64,000 bases of DNA from the NCBI GenBank assembly GCA_028534125.1, contig CM052825.1, positions 930,001 to 994,000 of the forward strand. Direction: 5' to 3'. Under the pieces are notes generated by a model that saw nothing but the letters and a program-made list of their open reading frames with translations, did not search any database and was not told where the DNA came from. Below are positions 1 through 12,059 of the stretch, one piece after another; position 1 is the stretch's first letter, and each line of letters begins with the position of its first letter. Source of the stretch: Lama glama. Its lineage: Eukaryota. The position numbers were made by a program, and so were the translations under genes.

Positions 1-565
1 CTGGGCCCTTGGGTACCCTCTCCACACCCGTAGGCACTCCCCCACAGAGGAAATGCCTCAGCTCCACTTCTGTCAATGCCAGGAGGTGGCCGCCCACCCC
101 CCCATGGTCACCTATCCCCGGCACCTGTGTGGACTGGGCTCCACCATCCCAGGAAGAACGTGAGATGGTGCCTGGCCCTCAGGGGCTCACAGGCCAGCCT
201 CATCCACCAAACTGGGACACAGGTTGGGGTGAGATGACCCAGCTGGGTGGGCAGCAGGGCCCAAAGAGGAGACAGACAAGAGCCACATCTGTCAGAGGCA
301 CAGGGCAGGGGAGCCCTGGCTCAGGAGACAAAGCCACGACAGCACTCAGGGAGGGAGGACAGCTGCTTGGAAGTGAGGAGGGAGCGGGGCGCTGGGGACT
401 CCCGGCGGTGGAGGTGGGGAGTCCCTGGGAGAGTGGAGGTGACTCTGCAGTGACCCCTTGCCTGCTTGGGGTTTGCGGGGTGGGACAGGAACGGGACCAC
501 CAAGACCAGATGCGGGCCCTGGGCGGGCTAACCCTCCCCCCCAACACCGGGCAGCGGGGACGCAC

Positions 566-643
566 TTGCGGTCACTCTCAGGCGGCCAGTTGTCCCATTT
601 GTAGTACGTCTCCGGCTGCTCTGTGAAGAGCACCTTGTGGAGG
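566..643 (-). CDS. INTS1: INTS1 coding exon 13
   Basis: LHKVLFTEQPETYYKWDNWPPESDR; acceptor gcag|, donor |gtgcgt. Confidence 0.93.
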
Positions 644-3600
644 CTGCGGGGCAGGGAGGGCTGTCAGGGCTGGTACCCAGGCTCCCCCGCCCATTAGCTC
701 CCAGACAGACGTGCGTCTCCCACGGGCTGGGAGGCTGCGTGTGTGAGGCTGGCTGCCTCCTGAGCTTGAGCCCCGCAGCACCTCTGGGGAGCCTGCAGCC
801 CTCGCAACAAGGCTGGAGGCTGGCGGGTGACAGAGGCCCCCCACTCCCAGCCAGACAGGACTCTGCCTCCCCTCCACCAGAAGGCCCTGCCTGGGGCTCT
901 GACGCACAGGAGGGACACTGCCGCCCACTGGCACCTCCGGCACTGGAGGGGCTGGTGTCAGGCAGTGAACAGGGTGGCTTGTCCCCTGTGAGGTGAGCCC
1001 TGTCGCTCGTCACCATCAGCCCAGGGAAGCAGCTGCCTGTCCTGCCCAGAGTCCCCAAGCAGAACAAAGCCGGGCCGCACCAGTGCACATAGTCCTTGGG
1101 GGCGAGTTTGCTGATGGAGGGGACGACGGTGTGGAGCCACCAGACGGCGTCCCGCTGGATTGCAGCGATCTGGTTCTGGAAGGAGCGCAGCACCTCGAGG
1201 TCTGAGAGGGACGGGAGGGTCATGGCGTGCCCACACGGCAGCTGGAGGGTCTAGTTCGACGCCAGGAGCAGGGAGGGCAGCCTCGGGGCACAAGCAACCT
1301 GCCCATCTGCAGGTCAGGGGCGCAGGCCGAGGCGGCGCGGGCCAGCTCTGCTGGGACGATGCTCAGCGAGCCCCAGTCACCCTCACAGTTGAGGACCACG
1401 TGTGAGGCCGACACCTGATTTCAGATGCTGCCACTCCAGCCATTGCTCGGCCACACCCTCATCAGGATCAGTAACGACCCAGAACAGGCTGACTTCAACC
1501 CACTTCCCTTCTCCCCCCGCCCCCTGGGCCAGAGAGCCACGAGCCCGAAAGGCCGACGCAGTGGCGCCAGGACTCCAGTGAACAAGTGACCTGGGCAGAG
1601 GACGGCGGTGGCCCAGGCGGGAGAACAGGGTACAGCGGCGTCTCTAGGGCTGTGCTGTGGGAGTGCCCTCCTGCCCCTGCCGGGCCTCGGGGACACCACC
1701 GCCCCCAGCCCCAACCCCAGTGGAGTCCAGCCTGTCTGGATGCTCACTCTTCTTCTCTCCCTTGTCCCAGGCGACGCCGGCCTCCTTCACCTGGGCCGTG
1801 ATGCCCAGCATCATGGACACAGCCAGCACGTCCGTGATGTGTATCACAAACCGCTCCTGCAGGTGCAGCATGGCCCAGCTCAGTGGGGTTCACGTCCCGA
1901 AGTGCCCAGAACCATGAGACCCGGATCAGACCCCCAGAACACAAGCAGCTGGGACGGGAGAACACTAGGCAGGAGGTGTTAGGACCAAGAACCACTGGCA
2001 AGAAAGCCGGGTCAGGGCACAGGGAGGTGGTTCAGCCAACAGCTCCCAGCTAGAGGCCCACCACACAAGGCCGACCGCAAACTCGCCCACATGGCAGAGG
2101 AGGGCTCCGCGGTCTGCACCAAGTCCTCCCCTCCTACAGCACCTCCCACCGCCCCCAAACCCACCGTAAAACCCACTCAGGGCTGACCTCCTGTCCCTCT
2201 GGGCACCATCTGCATTGCCCTGCCTACTCCAACCGCTGTCCCCCAGTCCCTCCAGCCCGGCCGGCAACGGCCCCCACCTCCACACCCAGCCCAGAGGACG
2301 CTGACTCCTCCAGGGGCACCCGGCCTGCCCCGCTCCGCCCTCGCACAGGATGGAGCCTACGGGCTGCTGTGCCTGCGGGGCACCAATCACTTAGCCAGGA
2401 CACTTCGCACAGCCTGAGAGACAGCCCAGCCAAGTGGAGAGGAGGCCTGTGCGGCTGCCAAGGGCTGGGCAGAGGGGGCTGGGAGGGCCCGGCACCTTGA
2501 ACTCCNNNNNNNNNNNNNNNNNNNNNNNNNNNNNNNNNNNNNNNNNNNNNNNNNNNNNNNNNNNNNNNNNNNNNNNNNNNNNNNNNNNNNNNNNNNNNNN
2601 NNNNNNNNNNNNNNNNNNNNNNNNNNNNNNNNNNNNNNNNNNNNNNNNNNNNNNNNNNNNNNNNNNNNNNNNNNNNNNNNNNNNNNNNNNNNNCGGGGAG
2701 CTGCTGGACTGCCCCGCCCGCCTCCGTCCGCAAAGGCCTGCCACGGGGTGAGGGGGTCAGCCCTGCAGGAGCCCCTCCGGGAACAGGCCCCGCCCACTCC
2801 TGAAGCGCCACCAGGCGGGTGACCAGGTGGTGAGCAGAGGCAGCGCAGCCATGCTCTCAGGCCGACTTGCTCTCTCTCCACAGGCCTGGCTCTTTGACAG
2901 CAGGGGCTGAGTCTCAACTCCTGGGAGCTGCGCCTCACTTAGCGAGGGCACAGATGAACAGACACTAGGCGGGGGGTGGGCAGGGGCGGGGGTGCCTAAA
3001 TTCCAGGCACCCCAGCTGCAGGGATGCACTCACTGGCCTGGCCACGTCCCAGGCTCGACCCTGACCGCTGACGTGCCCTCTCCCGAAATGCTGGGCTGCA
3101 GGACGACATGGCGCCGACCAGAGGGCTGGCACCGTGGACTAGCCTCCTGTGCAGCTGAACTGTGTGGAAGCCTAGCTGGTGTTCACGACAACGGACAACT
3201 GCTCTTGGCTCCCCCTGCAAAGGGGACCCTGCATCCAAAGGCCAGGCCAGAGCCGAAGGGGGTGCCTGTTTCACTGGCGGAAACCAGCCCTCAGAACGGC
3301 TAGACTGCCGCTGGGAACGGGTGCCGGTTTTCAGGACTCAGCCCTACTCCTCCTGGAGGAGTCTGGCTTTAGTTTGAGAGAGATGTCCTGCACTGAGCTG
3401 CACCCACGCTGGAGCTACCTGGACAGCCCCCTCCAGTGTCTGCAAAGCTCCCCGGGCACGGCCCCTGGCCCCTTCCAGAGCCCACACGTGGCCCGCCTGG
3501 CTCCCACCTTGGGCGCCCGCTCTGAGCTGTGCTGCAGCACCGTGTGCAGGATCTGCATGTTGTTCGGGTTCCGGGCGTTGGAGAGCTCGTTGAAAATCAC

Positions 3601-6600
3601 AAACTTGATGGTGGTGCCCAAATTGTCTTTGTGTGCGGTCAGCAGCTCCCTGGATCCGAGCCGAGCGAACCAAGGGGGCTGAAGCGGCCAGCCACCTGCC
3701 CGCCAACCCCTCTGCCCTCACAGCCCTGCCCCACCCTGCCCCTGGCCCTGCCCCCTGCCCCCAGGCCCTCTGGCCCAGGCCCGGCCCCACCCTACCTGAC
3801 GCAGAGCATGTAGTGGTTGAGGAGCACCTTGGGCTTGAGGCGGATCTTGATCAGGTGGGAGATGACGTCCATGTCCTCAGCGCCGTGCGTGGTGCAGTTC
3901 ATGCACACGGACATCAGCAGGTCCTGGGCCGGCCTGGTCAGCTGCAGACGTAGCCAGGGCAGGGCGCATCAGCCTCAGGCCGCCGGGCCGGGCCCACGGG
4001 AGCCGGGGGAGCCCATCTTCACCTTGGGGTTCTGCAGCCACATCTCCAGCTTCTGCACCGTCATCAGCCGCACCTCCTTGTACCCGCAGGTGGAGGTGAG
4101 GAGCCGCAGGAGGTTCCGAGATACGTTGTCGATGGGCTGACGCCGGTTGAGCTGGTCCCGCAGCATGTCGAGGACGTACTCCTCCACGCTCTCTGCCAGC
4201 TCGTCATACCTAGGCCGGAGGGAGGCAGGCAGGCAGGCAGGCAGGAAGGCAGGCTCCCTCAGGGGGCCCGCCCGCTCACCCCTGAGGCCCCACCCCACCC
4301 GGCAGGGCGTCCACCCAGCTAGTTGAGGGGCCGCGTGGCACCTACCTGGGCATGAGCTGGCCCTCCTGCTCAGGGCTAAGCTTCTCCTCAGCGATCAGGA
4401 GCTCCGTCTGGCTGTCCTCCTCCTCCGTCAGGGATGGGTGGGGGCTGCTCCCTGCAGATCAAGCGTCTCGTAGACACATACGGACACGTGCCCGCCTGGC
4501 CCATGAGCACCCACATCCCTGAGAGGCAGGGCCCCACCCTGGCCCCCAGGCTGGGGATCCCAGGAGCCCCGTCCTCCTCCAGCTCGGCTGCCTGGCAGCT
4601 CTCACCAGCACTGAGGTCCCCGCCGCCGCGCCCCACCTCCCCCTGCAGGAGCATGCTCTTGGGGGGCATCTTGGTGTTAAAGGCTGTCTGGATGTTGTCC
4701 ACAAAGGTCTTGCAGTGCGGGCTGTCCACCCAGATCCGCTCGCCCAAGGAGTCTTCGATGTACACCTGTCCACGACAGAAGCCTGCACCTCCTGACCCTG
4801 GTGGGCAGCTCCCCGGCCGGCCCTCCGGGGCTCGAGGGCTGGGAGCCTGCTTCCCAGCTGAGCGCAGAGGAGCAGGACACAAGGGCTTCCCCGGTGCCCC
4901 CAGCAGCGCGGGAGACAAGGTGCCCGCCCTGGGCCAGCAGAGACCCAGCCCTCCGAGAGCGCCCTCAGTTTGCTTCCTGGTCCTCCAGCTGTCCAGTGGT
5001 CTGCCTCCCCCTCCCCGGCCCTCTGTCCTCTTCACAGGGACAGCGACGTCATCCAGGCTCTGGGGAGGGCAGACCCACCTTGACAAAGATCTCAGGCCAG
5101 TTCTCATCCTCCTCGTAGGCGGCCATGAGGAGGTTACAGGCCAGCACGGATACAAGGCTGTTCCCCTTGGCCTTGAAGTTGATGGAGGCATCCCGCCGCA
5201 GGAGGCTGCACAGAGCCTGTGAGAGACGGTGTGGTGGCCGCGGGAGCCTCCCCTGCGCTCAGGGCGCGGCCCACACGCACCCCGGGGGCCCACCGCTCTG
5301 CCCCCTCCCCTCACCTCGATGACTCCCTCTGTGGCAAAGATGTTGGGCTTGATCTTGGCCAGGTACATGAGGCTCAGGTACAGGGTGCTGTCGGGCTTGG
5401 CCCGCGTGACCTTCAGCTGCTTGACGGCCCCGCACAGCACGCCCTCCAGCCGGTCATCGTTGCCCTCCAACTCGGCCGCCTCGATCTCATCCAGCAGCAC
5501 TGCGGGTGCAACTGGCCAGGAGATGGGCCGTCTGAGCCAGGGCCACAACAGAGACTGCCCCGCAGGGCCCCCAAAGCCCCAGGCCAACCAGCAGAAACCA
5601 GGCAGCAAGGGTCTCAGCTGTGCCCCACTCAGCTGGTCTCCAAGGAGGGCCCGGTGGCAGCCGAGGCGGGAGCAGGGCAGGTGCTGCCTGCGCGCAGGAA
5701 CAGTGCCCTGTGGGTTCCCAGGGCCAACTGGGCCCCGACAGACGCCTCTCGCTGCATCCCATGTGGCCACCACAGAGCAACCTGGTCCTGAGACACGCTT
5801 ACTTGTTCACATGTTGGTCCTTTTCCCGAAGTTTCACAGTACCTTCTCTAACTGTGGCTGTGCCAGGGCCCCAGCCCCCCAGCCCCCCAGGCTGTCTTGC
5901 AGATGCATTCCCCCTTCACAGTCTCAATAAAGACCCACCCCTGGTTCCTCCCTCTGCCCGCGCTGCTGGCACCTCATCCGTGCATCAGTCCTTCTCTCTC
6001 CCCACTCGTCTGCTGCCCTCCCTCTTCGACAGGACCCCCTGAACTGAAGCCCCCTGCTCCTCTGAGTGTCCCTCTGGGCCCCGTCACACGCGCCCTTTGC
6101 GCTGCGTTTGCTACATTCAGTTTCAGTTCCACTCATTCTCTAACTCTCATTTTGATGCCTCCTTTGATGCCGGGGCTTCCTTGCGGCTGTGTTTTAGACG
6201 CCCAGACAGAGGCAGGTGGTGTCACTGATGCTACCTTAACTGCACGGAGCACAGAGGGTTCAGCAGGCCTTCCAGGCTGCTTTCTGTGTGCCGGGGAAAA
6301 GACAAACGGGCAGGAAAGACGGACTGGAGCCACAGCAGGTCCAGGCCGAGAAAACGCTATAAACAGCCACAGCCAGCCTTCCCTCTGCTTTGCTAAAGAC
6401 GTGTGTGAAGTACTTTATCCTTCAGAACACGCCGTTCGCGACCATGTTCCGTTTAGCCTTCAAAGCCACCCTCTGGGGAGTCATGAGGCAGCGAGAAGAC
6501 CAGGAAGCCCAGTCTGCGGCTGAGAGACCACGGCCTGAGTCCGCCTCGGCCCTGCAGGCGCTCGCCGTCCTGACCCGCACCCGCGGCTCCGAAGGGCAGG

Positions 6601-8778
6601 GTCCTCTCCCAAAGCACAGCTCCAGCCCTACGCCTGCTCCACATGCCCCCAGGGCTCCCCACACCCACCGAACCCAGCATAGCGTCTCCCCTCACCACCA
6701 GCCTCACCACCAGCCTCGGCTCAGGACCTGAGCACAGCCCAGCCCCAGCTGGTCCCCTGAGCACAGGCCCCTCCTCCAGGATGCAGGCCCCTGCTCAGCG
6801 GTTTCTCCTCCAACACCCCTGACTGCCTGTCGAAGTCCCATCCAGTCTCTGAGGCTCAAGTTCACGTCACAGTTCCCTGACGCTCCTTCTCTCCCCCACG
6901 GCTGTCACACGAGCACCTACACACTCAACACCGGGCCTGGTGTGACATCTACCCAATCTGATCTACAGGTCTTACGAAGCCACTAGAAATAATCAACAGG
7001 AAAGTGGTTCAGAAAACTAGGGCCACGCTAGATGCACACAGAATTAAACACTTTTGTGTAAACAACAGGCTTACGCATGAGCTTTAGATCTGTCTTTGGT
7101 GTTTTATTACCTCTCTAGCTAAAAGGAAATAAAGCAGAGAGGCAGACCACTCACTGTCTGTAACTAGGAGAAAGGACGAGGAAGGGCGGGCCTCCCCATC
7201 CCGGTGGAGAGGGGTAATCACCAGACACACAGCCCAGAGAGCAGCACCCGTCCGACTCCGCGGCCACTCACCCCTGAGCTCAAGCACAGCCTGTCGCCAA
7301 GCAGGTGCTCTGCAAACATGTCAGACCAGCAGGTGAACCGAGAAGTCAGCCTGTTCCCAAAGGACAGGCACGGCGGTCCACCAGGAGCGCATCACCTCAC
7401 GCCACTCCTCCCCCGAAGCGGGGAGCCACAGAGAGCGAAGACAAGGGAAACCCACACTGCGCCTTCCAATCCAGGGAGCCCGGGCACGTGCTCTGTCTGC
7501 TTCACTGACAGGAGCCCTGAGAACGACGAGGCCAGACTCGACGAGGCAGACGAGGCCACTGAGGCACCAGCTGTCCACGCTGCTCCCGCCACGTGGCAGC
7601 AGCACGTCAGGGCCCCAGACCGACCTGCGCCACCTCACCCTGCATCACACACACACGTCCCCATCACTGTCAGACTCTGAACTTCAAGTGGGCGGGGGCA
7701 TTTGTGTGAGAGGCACTTCGAAAGACAAACTCCAGACAACTCCCCTCCCCAATTCTCCAAACAGCCTGCGTTACAGCTACGGTGCTGAGCCTGGAGGTGG
7801 CCCTTCCCAACCCCTGGTGACAGACAAGGTGTAAGCTGCGTTCTCCAGGGCTGATTTTACCTTCAATGGGGACCACAGATGGTTCTTTAATCGAGGGGGA
7901 GATAGCGCGTTTCTCTGCCACTGCAGCCTCAGCCAGGCGGCCCAAGGCGCTCAGAGGGGGTGTGGAGGAGAGTTTGGGGCGTTTGGTGAGGCCGGTCAGG
8001 GCCGAGGCACCAGCCAAAGCGGCCGCAGCATCCCGCTTGCGCTCCGACGGCAGGCCGGAAGGGGCAGGCTTCAGCAGGGTGGATGCCGTCTTCGATTCGT
8101 TGGCCTGACCCTTTGAGCCCAGAGCTATGAAGTCACCAGGTGGAGGGTGCCCTGCAGAGAAGAGACGCGGAGAAACGTGCACCTTCACACAGAGGCCCAG
8201 GTGGAAAGCGTGTCGGAGACGGACCCCAACCTCCGGCTACTTCAGAGGAGGACTACACGAGAGTCAGGGGAGGCAAGAAACAGACCACCCAGCAAGTCCA
8301 CAGCAGAGCTGGGACCTCATGGCCGTAGCAACAACGATGGTCGATGGCCACAGGGAGCTTACTATAGGCCAGGCACTTTACAGATGAGCGCACCTAGACA
8401 CAGAGAGGTTAGGAAACGAGCCCGAGGCCACACGGCTAGCGAGTGGCCAAGCGCGGAGCGGAGGCCAGTCTGGCTTCCATCCGCCTTCAGCCGCTGCGTT
8501 TGCGCCGCCCCTGGACCAGGACTCCTGGCTGCTGTCTCCCGCCTCGGACGCAGTCAGACGAGACAGTCGCAGCTGCCCCAACCCCGCGCCCTGGGCTCCC
8601 AGCGCCGCCTGGGACCAAGGGCTACCCTTCCAGACCCCACTCCTGGAAAGCGCCTTAGCCTCGGAGTCAGGAAGAAGCCCCGAAGCAGCCCGCCGCGCGC
8701 CGCCGGGAGAGGCCGCGCACCTGAAGGCTTGGCCGCCGCGCTGGGCCTGCGGACGGCGGCGGGCTTGGCCCGGTTCAT
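566..8778 (-). CDS. INTS1: Integrator complex subunit 1, 5' part (13 coding exons; gene continues left of the window)
   Basis: Spliced exons 8778-8721, 8151-7861, 5511-5315, 5216-5079, 4765-4606, 4451-4346, 4209-4023, 3941-3796, 3649-3508, ~2672-2496 (in gap), 1856-1748, 1201-1081, 643-566. All visible junctions are GT-AG with consistent phases, translating MNRAKPAAVRRPSAAAKPSGHPPPGDFIALGSKG...YYKWDNWPPESDR, recognised as INTS1. Confidence 0.97.
1081..1201 (-). CDS. INTS1: INTS1 coding exon 12
   Basis: NLEVLRSFQNQIAAIQRDAVWWLHTVVPSISKLAPKDYVH; donor |gtgcgg. Confidence 0.95.
1748..1856 (-). CDS. INTS1: INTS1 coding exon 11
   Basis: ERFVIHITDVLAVSMMLGITAQVKEAGVAWDKGEKK; donor |gtgagc. Confidence 0.95.
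2496..2672 (-). CDS. INTS1: INTS1 coding exon 10 (mostly inside the N-gap; 5' boundary inferred)
   Basis: Only G GAG TTC AAG|gtgccg (..EFK) is visible at 2505-2496. The 177 nt length is inferred from the remembered ortholog peptide FLAMVFQDLL...EMEFK. Confidence 0.7.
2506..2693. other. Assembly gap (188 N)
   Basis: Run of N. Confidence 1.
3508..3649 (-). CDS. INTS1: INTS1 coding exon 9
   Basis: ELLTAHKDNLGTTIKFVIFNELSNARNPNNMQ...APK; donor |gtggga. Confidence 0.95.
3796..3941 (-). CDS. INTS1: INTS1 coding exon 8
   Basis: LTRPAQDLLMSVCMNC...VLLNHYMLCV; donor |gtaggg. Confidence 0.95.
4023..4209 (-). CDS. INTS1: INTS1 coding exon 7
   Basis: YDELAESVEEYVLDMLRDQLNRRQ...WLQNPK; acceptor tag|, donor |gtgaag. 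Confidence 0.95.
4346..4451 (-). CDS. INTS1: INTS1 coding exon 6
   Basis: GSSPHPSLTEEEDSQTELLIAEEKLSPEQEGQLMP; donor |gtaggt. Confidence 0.93.
4606..4765 (-). CDS. INTS1: INTS1 coding exon 5
   Basis: VYIEDSLGERIWVDSPHCK...GDLSA; donor |gtgaga. Confidence 0.95.
5079..5216 (-). CDS. INTS1: INTS1 coding exon 4
   Basis: ALCSLLRRDASINFKAKG...WPEIFVK; acceptor acag|, donor |gtgggt. Confidence 0.95.
5315..5511 (-). CDS. INTS1: INTS1 coding exon 3
   Basis: VAPAVLLDEIEAAELEG...ATEGVIE; donor gag|gtgagg. Confidence 0.95.
7861..8151 (-). CDS. INTS1: INTS1 coding exon 2
   Basis: ctgcag|GG..; HPPPGDFIALG...SVVPIE; donor aag|gtaaaa; 291 nt. Confidence 0.95.
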
Positions 8779-9500
8779 CCTGCCTCGGTCCCCGGCCCCT
8801 CGCCGCTCCTCGCCGCCTCAGGGGAGCGCAGACCGGCGCCAAGGCAGCCGCCCGCCCATTCATTCAGCTCGACCGTCCGGGCTGGGGCCTGGGGCGAGCG
8901 GCCCGGCCCGCCGCGCGCAGTGATGCCCGGAGCGCGACCCCGCCTCGGACCCGAGGAAGGTCCGTCCCGCCCGCAGCCGCGGCCCGCTCACTCCTGGCGC
9001 ATCGCACCGGAGCGCCGCCGCCGCCGCCGCCGCCCCGGAACAGGAAGCCGCCCCGGACCCCTACTTCCGGGACAACCGGAAGCAAAACAGCGCAGCGGGG
9101 GCGGGGGGCGGGCAGGCGAGAGGGACCCGGCGCCTGCGCGGTGCCTCCTCCGCCCTCTCGCGGCGGGAGGCCGGCGGCGCCTGGCCGCCGCTGTCTACCT
9201 GGCGAGGGGGCGCTGTCACCGCCTCCTCCGGTGAGGCTGACCTTCCGCAGGGACGCGCCCAAGGACACGCAGCTAGGAAGGGCGGCCCCGGATCCCAGTC
9301 CGCCCGTGCCAGACCTTCAGTGTCTTCTCCCGTCTGTGGGTCGAAGGCAGGCTCTGGGCCCCTGCGGTGGGGACCAGGAGGGAGTCCGCGGCCGCGAGTG
9401 GACAGAGCTGGCAGCAGGGCAGGAGGGACGGGCCAGCTCCAGCCCAGCCCCCAGGGGGGACACGGGCCCTCACCGGGCAGGACCGGGGGCGTCGGTCCGG
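8400..9500 (-). promoter_or_regulatory. INTS1: INTS1 CpG-island promoter with ETS (CCGGAA) cluster and probable non-coding exon 1 ending at 8992
   Basis: Dense CpG; several CCGGAA/CAGGAAG motifs at 9030-9085; GC boxes; (GCC)n; donor ga|gtgagc at 8991. Confidence 0.75.
8721..8778 (-). CDS. INTS1: INTS1 coding exon 1 (start codon)
   Basis: ATG at 8778; MNRAKPAAVRRPSAAAKPS; donor cag|gtgcgc. Confidence 0.93.
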
Positions 9501-11389
9501 CCTCAGTTTGCTGGCCTGCGCAGTGGGTCACTGTGGTATCTACCAAGTCTGCTCGGTGGCAGAGGACATCACCCTCTGAGCGAGGGTCCACGCTGAGACC
9601 CTCACGGCCTCCTCTTCCTGGGGTCTTCACGCCGTCCTCAGGCTCTGCAGTCCCGGGGCCTCTGGCTGTAGTCCCACCTCCTCACCAGGAACAAGGAACA
9701 GGGCCAACGGCCCAGCCCACAGACCCGCCACTTGCAGCCAGTGGCCTCCTCTGAGGGGACCGCTGAGGGGTCCCTGCAGAGTGGTGGCCCCTTCACGGAG
9801 GAAGAGGCAATCACTTGTGACGGACGCAGCCCTCTCCTCGCAGACCAAGTGCTTCAGAAAGGCGGCGTCACGGAGAAACGAAGTCAGACACTAGCTAAAC
9901 CTGGGAAGCAGATCTTATCCAGTGACCACTGCAGCGGGGGAAAGCACTGTCTTAAAGGCAGGAGAGGGAGAGGGCTCCGGGGAAGCTGGCCGTGTGGCCA
10001 GCGCAGATGCGCTGGCGGCTGCCGGCAGCCACCAGTCAGGGGCCCGGAGCCCGGAGCCCAGGACAGGCCGTCCGCCTGAGGCTGGCGCTCAGAGGACGCC
10101 TGTGGTCCCTGAGAGAGACCCCCTAGTCGTAGGAGGAGAGGAGGGCGTCACTGCTGCCCGCCTTCTGGAACATGCTCTCAGGAGGGACGGGGCCTGTGTC
10201 AGGTGTTGGCCCAACCATCGGCAGATCCTCTTGGCCCCTGAGGGCTTTCCAGCTGGGAACCCAGAAGGGGGCTGGGGTCCCCGGACGTGGCCTCAGCTGG
10301 AAGCCCTGCGGGGTCGGTCAGGTCTCTCAGCGCAGGGTTGTGCTGAGAAGCCTCGCGGTTCTCAGCCCAGCCCTGGCCCGAGGAGGAGCCTTCCCTGACC
10401 GCCCCCCAGCACTCCCAGCTCCTCTGGCTGAGGCGGTGCCCCTGCGTCTCTGGTGGCCTCGGCTGCCCGCCTGGCGCTGGGCGGGCCATGGTCAGTCCTC
10501 CCTCGGCTGTAACATCAGTTGCAGTCAGGGTGTTGGGGTCTAAGCAAAGGGTCTAAAGGCTCCCAGGGCATCTGCTGGAGCACAGCCCCCACGGGACCCC
10601 CAACCCCAGAGAGACTGACACTGAGCTCCCCGGACAGGGCCAGTCAAGGCTCGGGGGGGAAGCAAGGGGGCTGAGGTGGGCTGGGCAGGGTCCCACCTGG
10701 GGTCCCTCTGTGAGCGGCCACTGGTGAGGGGGGCCCGCAGAGGCTCCCGCACCACAGGAGAGGGGCCTCACTCGGAGGCAGGAGCGCCCCCATGGCTGGT
10801 GGGGGCCATTCTGCCGCCGCAGGGGCAGGAAGGCGGTCGTGTGGGGATTGAATTAGAAAGCCCGTGAAGTGCCCAGCTGCCCTCCCTGCTGTGGTTGACT
10901 TTGTTGCTCAGAACCCCGGGGCCCCAGGAAACAGGCCACGAGGCCCTTAGAGGTGGTCAGCCCAGCCCCTGCTCTCAGCAGGGGGAGCAACTGAGGCCCA
11001 GGGCCGGGGGCTCAGAGCACAGGTCGCAGCCCCGGGGCTGTGGTCCCGCCCGGCCAGCAGAGCCCAGACTACAGGTCCTGAGGGAGTGGGTGGGGGCCAG
11101 GGGTCAGGGACAGCCTGCTGAGACCAGGGAAGGAGGGTCAGGGACTCAGCTGGGCTCCCCAGAGGCCGGAGGGAGGGACTAGACTCTCAGTTTTGCCTTC
11201 TTGGAGCTTGGACGCCTGGACCCCTCCGGCCCTGGTCAGCTCAGAGCTCCAGCCACCTGCCCCTGGGCCCCTAGGGGTGACAAGGCCGAGAGCGGGAGGA
11301 CACCTGCGGGGACAGAAGGGCCAGGTGTGGAAGCCCTAGCCCCTAGGGTGGCGGCATTAGGAGAGGTCCTTGTGGGTGCTTGGGTGGCG

Positions 11390-11640
11390 AGCGTGGCGCG
11401 GTGGGATTAGCGCCCTCAGAAGAAGTGTCTTCTCCCCGACCCCTTTCTTCTCTTCTCTCACTCTCCCTCTGCCCTGTGAAGACCCACAGGAGGGCAGCTG
11501 TCTGCAAGACCAGAACAGGGCTCTCCAGGAGCCAGACTGGCCAGGACCTGGATCTGGGACGCCCAGCCTCCAGAACCGTGAGCAGTGAGCGTCTGCTGAG
11601 TAAGCCCTGTGTCTGGGCCACTTGGTCGGACGAGCAGGAG
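11390..11640 (+). mobile_element. MaLR LTR remnant (MLT1/MST-like)
   Basis: gggattagcgccct...ctgcaagacc...ccagcctccagaaccgtgag...taagcc resembles the MLT1/MST consensus as remembered. Confidence 0.65.
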
Positions 11641-12059
11641 CAGAGACCTTGCTGTCCCCCCAACCCTGAGTGCAGCTCATCTGCCTTGTGGGCAGGGAGG
11701 GGCCAGGGCATGAGGTTCCCAGGGCAGAGGCCACCGGAGGCATGACGGCAGGGGCCTCATAGGCTTCAAGCCACCGAGACTCAAGTCCCTGAATGTGGTC
11801 CCTGTCCCCCTCCCCGCTGCAGCCTCCGCCCGCTGGGGAACTCTGGGACCCCAGGGCCGGGCGGGCACAGAGCCGAGAGTACTTGGTGACTGAAGACTCG
11901 AGAGTGACAGGTGAGCTCTTCACTGGGACAGAAAACGTCACTGTGGGGCCGGCTGGCTGACCCTGCGTTAGCACGGCCCCCCACCCCCGCCCCCCGCAGT
12001 CCCCTCCAGGGCTGTGGCCAAGAGCACGGAGCTGGTACTGGGACACATGCCTGCAGCCC

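Noticed and set aside
2224-2938. ORFs with poly-X (also 14282-14737)
   Set aside because: Artefacts of the N gaps.
4388-5773. 461-aa single-exon ORF
   Set aside because: A chimera of two in-frame INTS1 exons with read-through introns; explained by the spliced model.
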